A stretch of 32,557 nucleotides of DNA, taken from the IMG/VR virus record IMGVR_UViG_3300033076_000670, positions 1 through 32,557 of that record, one strand, 5' to 3'. The notes under the pieces were generated by a model. That model had not been told where the DNA came from and made no database searches. It was given only the letters and a program-made list of their open reading frames with translations. Position 1 is the first letter of the stretch. Every line of letters starts with the position of its first letter. The translations under genes and the position numbers were made by a program. Source of the DNA: a virus. Taxonomy: Duplodnaviria; Caudoviricetes. Below, piece by piece: positions 1-9,225 of this stretch.

Positions 1-197
1 CGCACGTTCTTTGCTTGGTACCAAGCCCATTGGTTGTTGGCGGCGATGATGTCCTTCATGATGCGGCCAGAGTTCCCATCCTTGAAGAAGCTATTAACGG
101 CAACGAGCGCGGCGAGGACGATCAAGAGAACCGCGGCGCGGCGCTTGATTATGATTTCAAGTTCACTCCTCGTCAGAGGTTTTTTTTCTTCGGTCAT
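1..197 (-). CDS. DUF4337-like membrane protein (runs off the left edge of the window)
   Basis: Not in the ORF track; translated by hand from ATG 197: MTEEKKPLTRSELEIIIKRRAAVLLIVLAALVAVNSFFKDGNSGRIMKDIIAANNQWAWYQAKNV. A TM helix is followed by the WxxYQAK motif recalled from DUF4337. Confidence 0.65.
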   Translation of the reverse strand, partial: MTEEKKPLTRSELEIIIKRRAAVLLIVLAALVAVNSFFKDGNSGRIMKDIIAANNQWAWYQAKNV

Positions 198-342
198 TTT
201 TCTTTTCCTTTTCTTCAGCGCGCAAACACAGCGCTTCGGTTTTCTTTATCTGCTTGTCTTGGTAGACCAGCCCCACCCATGTCATCAAGTTTATGAAGAG
301 CAGCAGCGTGACGATTGCAACCCACCAGTAGAACTCCTTCAT
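163..342 (-). CDS. Small single-TM protein with basic coiled tail (possibly lysis-related)
   Basis: MKEFYWWVAIVTLLLFINLMTWVGLVY...; ATG 342 overlaps the upstream TGA (ATGA), so it is preferred to the 444 start. Confidence 0.6.
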   Translation of the reverse strand: MKEFYWWVAIVTLLLFINLMTWVGLVYQDKQIKKTEALCLRAEEKEKKNDRRKKTSDEE

Positions 343-1070
343 AGAACGGAAAACAACGCCGTCATCCACGCTGCCACGATTCCCACTACCACTGCGTACC
401 CCAGCTTTGCCAGAAGAAGTGTTTGTTGGTACTCGCGTTGCCATCTTGCGTCAATTTCCTGTTTGCGTTTCAACGCTCGGTCAAACTCACGCTCTTCCAA
501 AATCTGATCGTACATCTTCAAGAACCTTGTGTAGATCGACTGCAACCCGATGTCTTTGGGCGTGTAGATCATGGTCTCTCGAATCTGGACGGTCATCTGT
601 TCAAGCTGCATTTCGATCTGAATCCTGTCTAGCGCTGCGCCTTCGATGTCGGTTGTGGTTTTGGATTCTTCCTCAAGATCGTGACAGTACTCTTGGAGTT
701 GGCGTCGGATTTCAAAGAAGGTCTTTAGCTGTTCGCAAATCTGGTGGATTGCTTGGGTCTGGTACTCCTCGTAGCTCAGTTGGTCAACGGGCTTTGGTTT
801 GTATGTGACTGCTCGGCTACGCACACTCGGCCCGTCTTTCTTGACAGGAGGAGCAGCTTTAGCGCTCGACGGTGCAGCACCGAATAAACTGGTAATCCAG
901 TCCCAAAGACCGATGAGCTCTGAATAAATCGCTTTACCATCAGAGACGGCCTTTTCAATTGCCGCTTTCGTCTTTGTAATTTCAGCCTTACCCTGAGACA
1001 ACATCTCACACCCACTGCGGATTGCCGCAACGGTCGCTTGTGCTGCCATGAGTAGGCTGAACGGGTCCAC
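339..1070 (-). CDS. Hypothetical coiled-coil protein with C-terminal TM anchor
   Basis: 243-aa ORF with a helical acidic core and hydrophobic C-terminus LGYAVVVGIVAAWMTALFSVL; abuts the upstream gene. Confidence 0.75.
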   Translation of the reverse strand: MDPFSLLMAAQATVAAIRSGCEMLSQGKAEITKTKAAIEKAVSDGKAIYSELIGLWDWITSLFGAAPSSAKAAPPVKKDGPSVRSRAVTYKPKPVDQLSYEEYQTQAIHQICEQLKTFFEIRRQLQEYCHDLEEESKTTTDIEGAALDRIQIEMQLEQMTVQIRETMIYTPKDIGLQSIYTRFLKMYDQILEEREFDRALKRKQEIDARWQREYQQTLLLAKLGYAVVVGIVAAWMTALFSVL

Positions 1071-1071
1071 A

Positions 1072-2109
1072 TTAGTAGGCCCCTAAAGTTCCGCTGGTGT
1101 AGAAGTAGTGGAACACTCGGCCACCAGAGTAGGAGATAGAGCCGCCGGTGAACACAGCGGACGAACCCGCGTAGCTGACAACAACAGCCCCACCACCGCC
1201 ACCGCCGCCACCACCAGCGTTTTCGCTAGCAGAACCACCACCAGCACCGTTACCGCCAGAACCACCGGTAGCTACACCTGTACCACCAGCACCGCCAGCA
1301 GGGCCGTTTGCACCATTAGCGCCTGTACCCGAACCAGAACCACCAGCACCGCCACCACCAGCACCGCCGTTTTGGCCGCCAGAAGTACCGCCGGTACCGC
1401 CACTATTTGAAGAGTTAGCACCTGCTCCACCAGCACCGCCGGTTTGGACAGATGAGCCACCGCCACCGCCACCGCCGCCGAAGTAGCCACCGCCGCCGCC
1501 ACCACCCCCACGGCCCACACTAGGGTTGCCGCTTGTACCAGTAGCGCCGCCAGAAGATGGGAAGCCGTAAGTAGAGTACGACGTAGTTGACGAAGCACCG
1601 CCACCCACAGAGCCAGAGCCATTACTGCCCGAGGCAGTTGCAGTTGCTGCACCGCCGCCTGTTGAGGAAGCGTATGCGCCAAAAGAACTTGTACTACCTG
1701 CGGTAGCCACAACGGTGGGTTGAGCAGATGACGCGCCTGTACCACGCCCGCCTGTGCCGCCGCTACCAACAGTGACTGTCACGCTAGAGCTTTTGTTGAG
1801 GGTAAGCGTAGCTGCAATAAAGCCACCCGAACCGCCGGGTAGACCACCACCAGCCCAACCGCCGCCACCACCGCCACCACCACCAACAACCAATACTGCA
1901 AGAGCAATGTCGCTAGTTGCGCCAGCAAAGTTGGCCAAAGAAATGGCGCCTGAAACGGGGATGGCCGTAGACACACCACCGGGGTAACCCAGAGTGCCGG
2001 GGGGCACATAGGTGCCGCCAGCATAGTATTCGCTGAGAGACGCGGGGTTAGACCCACCAAACTCAGTTTGGATGTCGGTCAAGCTGATGTTTGATGTTGG
2101 GACGGTCAT
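1072..2109 (-). CDS. Glycine-rich tail/receptor-binding protein
   Basis: N-terminal ISLTDIQTEFGGSNPASLSEYY, long poly-Gly tracts, C-terminal HYFYTSGTL; lies in the tail module. Confidence 0.7.
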   Translation of the reverse strand: MTVPTSNISLTDIQTEFGGSNPASLSEYYAGGTYVPPGTLGYPGGVSTAIPVSGAISLANFAGATSDIALAVLVVGGGGGGGGGWAGGGLPGGSGGFIAATLTLNKSSSVTVTVGSGGTGGRGTGASSAQPTVVATAGSTSSFGAYASSTGGGAATATASGSNGSGSVGGGASSTTSYSTYGFPSSGGATGTSGNPSVGRGGGGGGGGYFGGGGGGGGSSVQTGGAGGAGANSSNSGGTGGTSGGQNGGAGGGGAGGSGSGTGANGANGPAGGAGGTGVATGGSGGNGAGGGSASENAGGGGGGGGGAVVVSYAGSSAVFTGGSISYSGGRVFHYFYTSGTLGAY

Positions 2110-2110
2110 C

Positions 2111-2968
2111 TTAGATGCTTCCGTAAGCAGTCACGTTACCGGCAGCCACGAGGTTGCCAGAAGAGTCAAGGCGCAACTTGTTCACGCCGCCATACTTGAA
2201 GTAGATGTATCCGCCAGACTCAACCACAGTCCAGTTGGTTGTGGTCAGTTGTTGTGCAGCACCGGCTGTAAGAGACGCAGCAGTGCCCGATACGTTTGTC
2301 ATGGTGCCCGAGGCCGGAGTACCCAAAGCGCCGTTGAACAGCACCGGTGCGCCAGCAGAGCCAGTGTTAACAGCCAAGGCTGTGGCGATGCCTGTACCCA
2401 AACCAGAAACGCCGGTAGACACAGGCAAGCCCGTGCAGTTTGTCAACGTACCCGAAGCAGGTGTGCCCAAAGCAGGCGTTGTCATTGTTGGGCTTGTCAG
2501 CGTAGCCGTTGCAATAGTTGGGGAGATCAGATGTGTGTTTTGCTGGGCGAAGTTTGTACCGTCGCTCCACACAGTCATCGTCTTACCAGCGGGGATGGCT
2601 ACGCCCGTACCGGCAGCGGTTGTGTTGCCGATCACAGTTGAGTTGTAGATCGTCGCTGTGTAAGCTGATGCGTTGTAGATGGTGTACTGCTTAGACGCTG
2701 GGGGCGCATAGACAGCGAAGTTGGCACCGGTGGATGTAGTCAACGCAAGCGAAGCGTGCACCGATTGGTTGTCGGACGACACAGAAGTGGCACCGTTCAA
2801 GTAGGTGAAGGCTTGGTTGGCTGAAGATACAGCAACCGAAACATATCCGGCGATGGCCTGCTCAAGCACGTAAGCCATGTTGTTGTTTGTCGTCGCACCC
2901 CACACACCCGCTTGGTCGCCGGTGCCAATGAGTTCGATGCGAAGATCGGGAGAGTAAGAAGAAGACAT
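2111..2968 (-). CDS. Virion structural / tail-fibre-like protein
   Basis: Thr/Ala/Gly-rich; shares the SPT.TTP.LGTP.S.TLTN.TGLP.STGV repeat with the fibres at 4071 and 5645; RBS AAGGA. Confidence 0.7.
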   Translation of the reverse strand: MSSSYSPDLRIELIGTGDQAGVWGATTNNNMAYVLEQAIAGYVSVAVSSANQAFTYLNGATSVSSDNQSVHASLALTTSTGANFAVYAPPASKQYTIYNASAYTATIYNSTVIGNTTAAGTGVAIPAGKTMTVWSDGTNFAQQNTHLISPTIATATLTSPTMTTPALGTPASGTLTNCTGLPVSTGVSGLGTGIATALAVNTGSAGAPVLFNGALGTPASGTMTNVSGTAASLTAGAAQQLTTTNWTVVESGGYIYFKYGGVNKLRLDSSGNLVAAGNVTAYGSI

Positions 2969-2977
2969 GTCGTGTCC

Positions 2978-3526
2978 TTATTTGAATCGGGGGCCGTTGA
3001 GCCACATGGTTGCGGTTGCGCGAAGTCCTGATGTGACAGGCGTGACGCGGTGTTCAAGAATCGAGGGGAACGCAATCACAGACCCTTTGGCCAATGGCGC
3101 AGTGTATTCTGAGTAGAGACGAATCTGCAACTCCCCAGCCTCAAATTCCGACGGGTCGGACATGAGGCACACCACACTCACCTTACGATCGGTGGGTAAA
3201 CCGGCTAACGGGAAGTTGTCCACGTGCCAGCCGTAGTGCTGTCCAACACCATAGTGCGCATATTGCACAGCTTCATGGTCGTCAATTTCAAACCCCCACT
3301 CACAAGTTTTGTTTGCCTGAAGACCATGCCCTCGAAGGATAGAGCCAAACCAATGCCCCTTCTCAGCAAAACGAACAGTAGTGTTTCGATTGAGGTGTGA
3401 CAGCTCGTCGCCATTAGCGCCCATAGTAGCGTCTCGAGCCTCGAGGCGCATATAGTCTGCCGCCGCCATGTCGCACAGATCGGTTGGGATTTGCCCAAGG
3501 AACCAGATAGGTAGGTGTTTGCTCAT
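2978..3526 (-). CDS. 2OG-Fe(II) oxygenase (PKHD/prolyl-4-hydroxylase-like)
   Basis: YGWHVD (HxD), RKVSVV, FEAGEL and FPSILEHRVTPVTSGLR (distal His and 2OG-binding Arg). Confidence 0.9.
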   Translation of the reverse strand: MSKHLPIWFLGQIPTDLCDMAAADYMRLEARDATMGANGDELSHLNRNTTVRFAEKGHWFGSILRGHGLQANKTCEWGFEIDDHEAVQYAHYGVGQHYGWHVDNFPLAGLPTDRKVSVVCLMSDPSEFEAGELQIRLYSEYTAPLAKGSVIAFPSILEHRVTPVTSGLRATATMWLNGPRFK

Positions 3527-3753
3527 GACAGAAGCGCTTTAATTTCATCGGACGTTGTGGCGGCATCAATATCTTGCTGCATGGCTGCGTATTTGTCACG
3601 AATTGCTTGTCGCGCCTCTTCGGCGGCAACCGCGTCGGTCCCGGGTATTTGTTTGGAAATTACTTCATCAAAAGGCTTGAACTCTTCCGCACGTTTTTCA
3701 CGACGGATGGTGTGCGCAATAACTTTTGCTTTAGTTACGTTAATAGTAATCAT
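3523..3753 (-). CDS. Putative tail-fibre assembly helper
   Basis: MITINVTKAKVIAHTIRREKR...; ATG 3753 overlaps the upstream stop (ATGA); helical; follows a fibre gene. Confidence 0.55.
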   Translation of the reverse strand: MITINVTKAKVIAHTIRREKRAEEFKPFDEVISKQIPGTDAVAAEEARQAIRDKYAAMQQDIDAATTSDEIKALLS

Positions 3754-4058
3754 GTTGGGCCTTTCAAAACAGGAAATCCATTGCTCCAACCAACAACTTC
3801 ATTAGTTGAGCCAAAACCATAATCTGCACCATTACCGTCAGGGTTAGAAAAATCAGCTTCAAAAGCGTCGAAGAACACAAAATCAGATTGAGATGGCAGA
3901 TTGTTTCGGTGTACGTATTTGTACGGCACACCCGGCGGCACATCTTTCAATGCAATAGCCTCAAGAGATAAGCCGCAATCTGGCGCAGGTGAAACAATGA
4001 TAACCCCGCCTGTTTCGGTGTTTGGGTAAATAATCACATACTCTTGCAGTGCGCTCAT
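3750..4058 (-). CDS. Putative tail-fibre assembly helper
   Basis: IIYPN..GGVIIVSPAPDCGLSLEAIALKDVPPGVPYK; immediately downstream of a fibre gene; GGGAG RBS. Confidence 0.55.
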   Translation of the reverse strand: MSALQEYVIIYPNTETGGVIIVSPAPDCGLSLEAIALKDVPPGVPYKYVHRNNLPSQSDFVFFDAFEADFSNPDGNGADYGFGSTNEVVGWSNGFPVLKGPT

Positions 4059-4070
4059 TAAAAACTCCCG

Positions 4071-5024
4071 TTATCTATATACGACAAGGTTGCCGGAGAA
4101 TGTATCATTTAAGTTTGTGCCAGTTGACCAGAGCGACTGCAACCTAATAGACGAAGCGGTGCGTGTATATGTGGAGCTGCCGCTGCCGCTTTCATTCATT
4201 TGAACGCCTGATGCCGCACCGCCACCGGGGTAGGTAAAACCAGCGGCGGAAATGGCGTAGTTGGTGTCGCCAACAGACGATGAAAAGTTAATCGTGTAGT
4301 CGCCTGTGCCACCTCTAGACACAGAAGATACGCCGCTAGACCCGCGAATTGTCGCACCGCCTTGGCCGTTCCAGTTAACCCACAAACGCAAAGCGTTGTT
4401 ACCAGAGGGGCCGGTAGGGCCAGTAGGTCCGGTTGGGCCCGTGGGTCCGGGGCTTCCCGTAGGTCCGGTGGGGCCGGTGGGGCCGGTGGGCCCTGAAACA
4501 CCCGCAGCCCAAGTACCATCACCGCGCCAGAAGGTAGATGTCGATGCGCCGGTGCCGCTGTTAAATCGCGCAACGGCTAGGTTACCGGTGCCTTGGTTAA
4601 GCGGCACGCTGGTGGCGTTTGTAAGGTTGACAGCCGATGGCGTGCCCAAGTTGGGGGTAACCAATGTTGGGCTGGTCGCAAACACCAAGGCACCCGAACC
4701 CGTTTCGTCCGAAACAGTAGATGCTAAGTTGGCGCTAGTAGGCGTGGCCAAGAATGTAGCCACACCGGTGCCTAAACCAGACACGCCGGTAGAAATTGGC
4801 AACCCAGTTGCATTTGTGAGTGTGGCCGCAGATGGTGTGCCCAAGTTGGGCGTGGTAAGGACGGGGCTAGTAGACAAAACCACCGAGCCTGAACCTGTAG
4901 ATGAAGTAGTGCCTGTACCGCCATTCGCGGCTGATAATGTACCGGACACACCAGTAGCAAGGTTTACTTGACCACTGCTGTTAACAAGCTGACCGGTGTT
5001 AGCTAAGTTGCGTGATAAGGTCAT
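4071..5024 (-). CDS. Tail fibre with collagen-like (GPT)n segment
   Basis: About 10 Gly-X-Y triplets ([30 protein letters not shown]) after FWRGDGTW; C-terminal WVNWNG...GDYTINF tip domain. Confidence 0.8.
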   Translation of the reverse strand: MTLSRNLANTGQLVNSSGQVNLATGVSGTLSAANGGTGTTSSTGSGSVVLSTSPVLTTPNLGTPSAATLTNATGLPISTGVSGLGTGVATFLATPTSANLASTVSDETGSGALVFATSPTLVTPNLGTPSAVNLTNATSVPLNQGTGNLAVARFNSGTGASTSTFWRGDGTWAAGVSGPTGPTGPTGPTGSPGPTGPTGPTGPTGPSGNNALRLWVNWNGQGGATIRGSSGVSSVSRGGTGDYTINFSSSVGDTNYAISAAGFTYPGGGAASGVQMNESGSGSSTYTRTASSIRLQSLWSTGTNLNDTFSGNLVVYR

Positions 5025-5341
5025 GGTGTCGGGGTTTCTTGAGTTTGTGTAGCTGCAGCAGCTGCTTCTTTAGCGATGGCTTCGGCTATAGCCGCTAGTT
5101 GGGCGTCTTTGGCTTGCTGCCAGACAGCGACCAACGGCTCGTAGGGCGTAAAGTCAGTAATAACCGTGTTCTCTGACTTAAAGGGGCGACCATCCACCAA
5201 AGTGATTGCGTGTTCAACTTCACCCCAAGTGTCGTACCATTGAATTGCGTGAATAGCCGGATCGAGAACAAACGGCAGACCAGTAAAAAACTCGCCTGCT
5301 ACGCCAATGGCTTTGTCGGAATTAATTACGGTTACTCTCAT
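5021..5341 (-). CDS. Hypothetical tail-associated protein
   Basis: 106 aa with [14 protein letters not shown]; GAGGA RBS; located between fibre genes. Confidence 0.65.
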   Translation of the reverse strand: MRVTVINSDKAIGVAGEFFTGLPFVLDPAIHAIQWYDTWGEVEHAITLVDGRPFKSENTVITDFTPYEPLVAVWQQAKDAQLAAIAEAIAKEAAAAATQTQETPTP

Positions 5342-5343
5342 AT

Positions 5344-5643
5344 TTATCCTCGTGTGATCTGAATGTTTGGGTTCGCCTGAATAGAAGCTAACAAAACCTG
5401 CTGTCCTACTTCGTTTGACTTCACCATTTCATTTCGGAAAGACTCAACTGCCGCACCTGTTTGACGTTGCTGCTGGCTGTTTTCAATCAACAGCATCGGT
5501 AGCCACGCAGTTGCGCAAGCCCACTCGTCAACCTCTTTGCCGGTGTTTGGGTTGGTACCGCGAACTTGGGTAAACCAAGAACACTTTAGACCAACGCAGT
5601 CGTCTTTAATAAGTGGGCAAAAATTCCCTGCTTTGAGTTCCAT
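5344..5643 (-). CDS. Cys-rich hypothetical protein
   Basis: MELKAGNFCPLIKDDCVGLKCSWF...WACA has four Cys; start 5643 follows AAGGA. Confidence 0.65.
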   Translation of the reverse strand: MELKAGNFCPLIKDDCVGLKCSWFTQVRGTNPNTGKEVDEWACATAWLPMLLIENSQQQRQTGAAVESFRNEMVKSNEVGQQVLLASIQANPNIQITRG

Positions 5644-5644
5644 G

Positions 5645-8600
5645 TTAATCCTTCGTTGCAATAATCACATCGACATACTGTACAGCCAAGTTAATAGCTG
5701 TACCAGTAAACGTATGCGTGTGCGCGTCTTGTGTGTGCGTGTGTGCAGTGCCAGTAAACGAGCTAGACGACGAACCTGTGTATGAAGATGGCGTATACCC
5801 GTGCGTGTGTGAGCCGCCACCACCCGTAGCGTTGGTGTTGTTGGTAACGTTTGGCGTGCTGTTGGTATTTGACAAAATGCGGTATGGGGAGCCGCTACTG
5901 TTTGATATGTTGCCGGGCACGCCGTGAACGTGACTTGGAATTTGTGATTCAGCCAAAGTTGTTGAGGACACCGAACCAGAAACAGACAAGCTAACCGACG
6001 TGCTAGTAGAAACCGAACCTGTAGCAGTTGTATTTTGGTTAGTCGCAGTTGTGCTTGCGTTGCTACCGTTAACCGCTTGGCTAGCAAACGCGGTTGTAAA
6101 TGCAACAGAACCGCCAGAAGACGCAGCTCCAGAAACAACACGTAATGCTTTATTGTCGTGGGTAGTGCTTTTTGTCCACCCTGTCGGGGCGGCTGTCTGC
6201 ACAAACAACATAGTTGTTCCGCTAGCAAAACCTGCCTGCGCCCAAGTGCCATCACCGCGCCAGAACGTAGTCGAAGACGCGCTGGTACCGCTGTTTAAGT
6301 TGGTTACAGGTAGATTTCCTGTGACATTAGACGCAAGATTTACAAATTGCGTCGATGTTGTGCCTGTGCCACCGTTTGCTATAGGTAACGTACCTGTTAC
6401 TTGGCTAGCCAAGTCAATTGGCAACTGGATTGTTGTGCCCGTCGCATAAGCAATACATTCAACAATGTCGCCCGCAGTCGCGCCTGTAGCCAAAATAACA
6501 GATGTACCGCTGCTGGCTGTGTAGTCGCTTGCGTTGAGCAGCACGCCGTTGAGATAAACCTCGACATAGCCAACAGTGTAGTTAACACTGAAGGTTGTTT
6601 GCGCGGCGGTGGCTGTGAATGACGTGCGTGTGTAAGACCCCGCAGTGTTTACCGCCGGTGCCCATGTGCCATCTCCGCGCCAGTAGGTGCCAGAAGAAGC
6701 GTTGGTGCCGCTGTTGAGGTTGGTCACGGGCAAATTACCCGTTACCCCTGTGGACAGTGGAAGGCCCGTAGCGTTTGTAAGCGTTGCCGCAGACGGTGTA
6801 CCCAAGTTGGGCGTTGTCATCGTTGGGCTGCTCAAAGTGGCAGTAGTAAGCGTGGGGCTGTCAGACAGCACCACAGAGCCTGTGCCGGTAGAAGTGGTAA
6901 CGCCTGTGCCACCGCTTGTAACAGGAAGCGTGCCGCTTACGTGAGTGGCCAAACCAATCTTGCCCCACGAGGGAGCAGAATCAACACCGCCAGAAATCAA
7001 AGCGTTACCCGTGGCAACGTCCGGCAACTTGGCTAACGATGTCGTCGTATCTGCGTAGACCAAATCTCCCACAGCGTAAGAGGTAAGGCCAGTGCCGCCA
7101 TAAGTAGCACCAATAGTGCTGCCGTTCCAAGTACCAGCAGTAAGAGTGCCGACGCCAGTAATTCCTGTGTAAGAACCATTAAGCCGTGCTGCCGGTAAAG
7201 TACCCGAAGTGATGTTAGCGGCATTGGTTGTATCCGTTGTGGCTGATGGTGCTAAACCTGTGATGTCAGATGCGGCTGGTTGTTCCCACACAGGAGCCTG
7301 CGCAGAGGTGCCCGTGCCTGTCTGGCTTAAAAACTTCTTGGTTGTGGTGGTGTTGCGGGTAACGACGTCAAACGTTGTGGTCGTGTTTGAGTAGATCAAC
7401 TCGCCCACGTTATACGAAGTCAACCCTGTGCCACCGTTGGTGGCAGGAAGAGACCCAGACACAGCACCTGATTGGTTCAGAGCGACAGCGTTCCACTCGA
7501 CGTTGGTACCGCCAGCGTTCATCACCAGCGATTTATAGGCAGGGCCAGCGGCCAGCTTAGACCAAGTGTTTGTGGCCGAACCGTACAGCAGATCACCAGT
7601 GGCGACAGTAGCCGTACCCGTGCCACCCAGCGTAGCTGGAACCGTGGTCAAAGAAATGACTGTGCCGGTGACGTCGATAGGCGATGTGCCTGTGTAGACG
7701 GGCACCGATGAGAACAGGGTGTATGTGATTGCGTCGTAGCCAATGATGATTGGCCCAACAGGGTCTGTCAGAACATACGACTCTGAGTTCGACTGCACAA
7801 AGAAATAGTCCCCCGCACCCATACCAGAAGTGTTATCTGGTTGGTACTGGTTCGCGTCAGTAGCGCGGGTCAGCTTCCACTTGGAACCAACAGAGCCCAA
7901 AGCCGTTACGGTGTAGACACCGTTCCAATACCCAGTCGATTGGTTGTACACCAACACGCGGTCGTTTGTAGTCACACCCGAAATAGGTAGCGCTTGGTTG
8001 GCTGACGCTTCAAGATATGCGCCCACACCAGAATTGGCGCGGGTGGCATAAGACAACCCCGATGCGTTGGTCAGGCCGGTAAGCAGTGGGCCACCGTACG
8101 TGGTGGAGAGCTGCAACGAAGTTGTCGTTGGTGTAGCGTATACGAAGTACGCTGTATTGGTAGACAGGCCGTTACCGGCAGTTGTGGTCAGCCAAATCTG
8201 GTCATTGACAGCCAAACCGTGGGTGGTTGACGTTACAACAGTATTGGTACCGGTGATGTCGGTGATGTTGAATGTCGTACCGCCTTGGGTATAAACCGCA
8301 GACAGGGCCGCGCTTGTCTCGGCAGTAACAGGGGTATGGATGTGGATGCCGGTCGATGTGGCGTTGTCCACATACGATTTAGTCACAAACTCGTTGTTTG
8401 CTGGGGATGTGATGGAGGTAGAGGTAGAAGTGACCGCCTGAGTAAATGAGCCGCCAACTCCAGTCAGCGCGCCGCCCAAAGTCATGCCCGCTTGTGTCGT
8501 GACAGCCTTGGTTGTCTTGTCGATGCGTACAGCCTCATCAGCTACATCTGTGCCGCCAGCAAACAACACCAAATCGTCGGTGGCACTGCCAACAAACATC

Positions 8601-9217
8601 TCCCCACCATCGTTGAACAAGTATGCAGAACCGGGCGTGAAGATTGGGTAAGTTGCAGACGAATAGTTTGAGCTGTTGATGCCCATGTCCACAAAGTTAT
8701 ACGTGCCGTCACCCAGATCGTTGTACGCAACAAAGTCAGCGGATGCCTCTGAGCCATCGTTCAGGTTTTGTGCATAGAACTGTGCAAATGAGTTGACGTC
8801 AGCGTACATCTCCCCCAATGCGGCTGAGAAAGTTGTGTACCCAGTAACGCCGTTACCGATCACTGTAATAGGGCCGCCGTCGATTAAAACGTTACCGGCT
8901 TGCTCTTCGTAGATTGCCTTTTCAGCGGGGTATGTGACAAACACATCTTTGGCGCCAGCACCAAAACTAATCTTTGCGCCAGCAGCACTTGATTCAAGAA
9001 TGGTATCGCGAGTAAGCGTCGGGCCGGTTGTAGAGTACGTACCAATACCCACTTCCCAGTCACCTGTGGCTGGGTCTACTGCGGCGTAATATGTTGTGTT
9101 GCCATTACCTACAGCAGAAAAAGCTTGGAACCCGCCCACGGCACCAGCCAACACAAAATCAGCCGTGCCCGTTGTGTTGGTTGTTTCTTTGACTCGATCT
9201 TTTAAGACGATTGCCAT
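5645..9217 (-). CDS. Long mosaic tail fibre (about 1190 aa)
   Basis: Start MAIVLKDRVKET (ATG 9217, AAGG RBS); repeated LP...GGTG fibre motifs, two WRGDGTW motifs, collar-like APTGWTK and His-rich HTH/HSH C-terminal tip. Confidence 0.85.
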   Translation of the reverse strand: MAIVLKDRVKETTNTTGTADFVLAGAVGGFQAFSAVGNGNTTYYAAVDPATGDWEVGIGTYSTTGPTLTRDTILESSAAGAKISFGAGAKDVFVTYPAEKAIYEEQAGNVLIDGGPITVIGNGVTGYTTFSAALGEMYADVNSFAQFYAQNLNDGSEASADFVAYNDLGDGTYNFVDMGINSSNYSSATYPIFTPGSAYLFNDGGEMFVGSATDDLVLFAGGTDVADEAVRIDKTTKAVTTQAGMTLGGALTGVGGSFTQAVTSTSTSITSPANNEFVTKSYVDNATSTGIHIHTPVTAETSAALSAVYTQGGTTFNITDITGTNTVVTSTTHGLAVNDQIWLTTTAGNGLSTNTAYFVYATPTTTSLQLSTTYGGPLLTGLTNASGLSYATRANSGVGAYLEASANQALPISGVTTNDRVLVYNQSTGYWNGVYTVTALGSVGSKWKLTRATDANQYQPDNTSGMGAGDYFFVQSNSESYVLTDPVGPIIIGYDAITYTLFSSVPVYTGTSPIDVTGTVISLTTVPATLGGTGTATVATGDLLYGSATNTWSKLAAGPAYKSLVMNAGGTNVEWNAVALNQSGAVSGSLPATNGGTGLTSYNVGELIYSNTTTTFDVVTRNTTTTKKFLSQTGTGTSAQAPVWEQPAASDITGLAPSATTDTTNAANITSGTLPAARLNGSYTGITGVGTLTAGTWNGSTIGATYGGTGLTSYAVGDLVYADTTTSLAKLPDVATGNALISGGVDSAPSWGKIGLATHVSGTLPVTSGGTGVTTSTGTGSVVLSDSPTLTTATLSSPTMTTPNLGTPSAATLTNATGLPLSTGVTGNLPVTNLNSGTNASSGTYWRGDGTWAPAVNTAGSYTRTSFTATAAQTTFSVNYTVGYVEVYLNGVLLNASDYTASSGTSVILATGATAGDIVECIAYATGTTIQLPIDLASQVTGTLPIANGGTGTTSTQFVNLASNVTGNLPVTNLNSGTSASSTTFWRGDGTWAQAGFASGTTMLFVQTAAPTGWTKSTTHDNKALRVVSGAASSGGSVAFTTAFASQAVNGSNASTTATNQNTTATGSVSTSTSVSLSVSGSVSSTTLAESQIPSHVHGVPGNISNSSGSPYRILSNTNSTPNVTNNTNATGGGGSHTHGYTPSSYTGSSSSSFTGTAHTHTQDAHTHTFTGTAINLAVQYVDVIIATKD

Positions 9218-9225
9218 GTGCTGCC

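Noticed and set aside
4071-9217. Fibre repeats as a diversity-generating retroelement or invertible shufflon
   Set aside because: No reverse transcriptase or invertase is in the window, repeats are direct, and differences look synonymous rather than adenine-specific.
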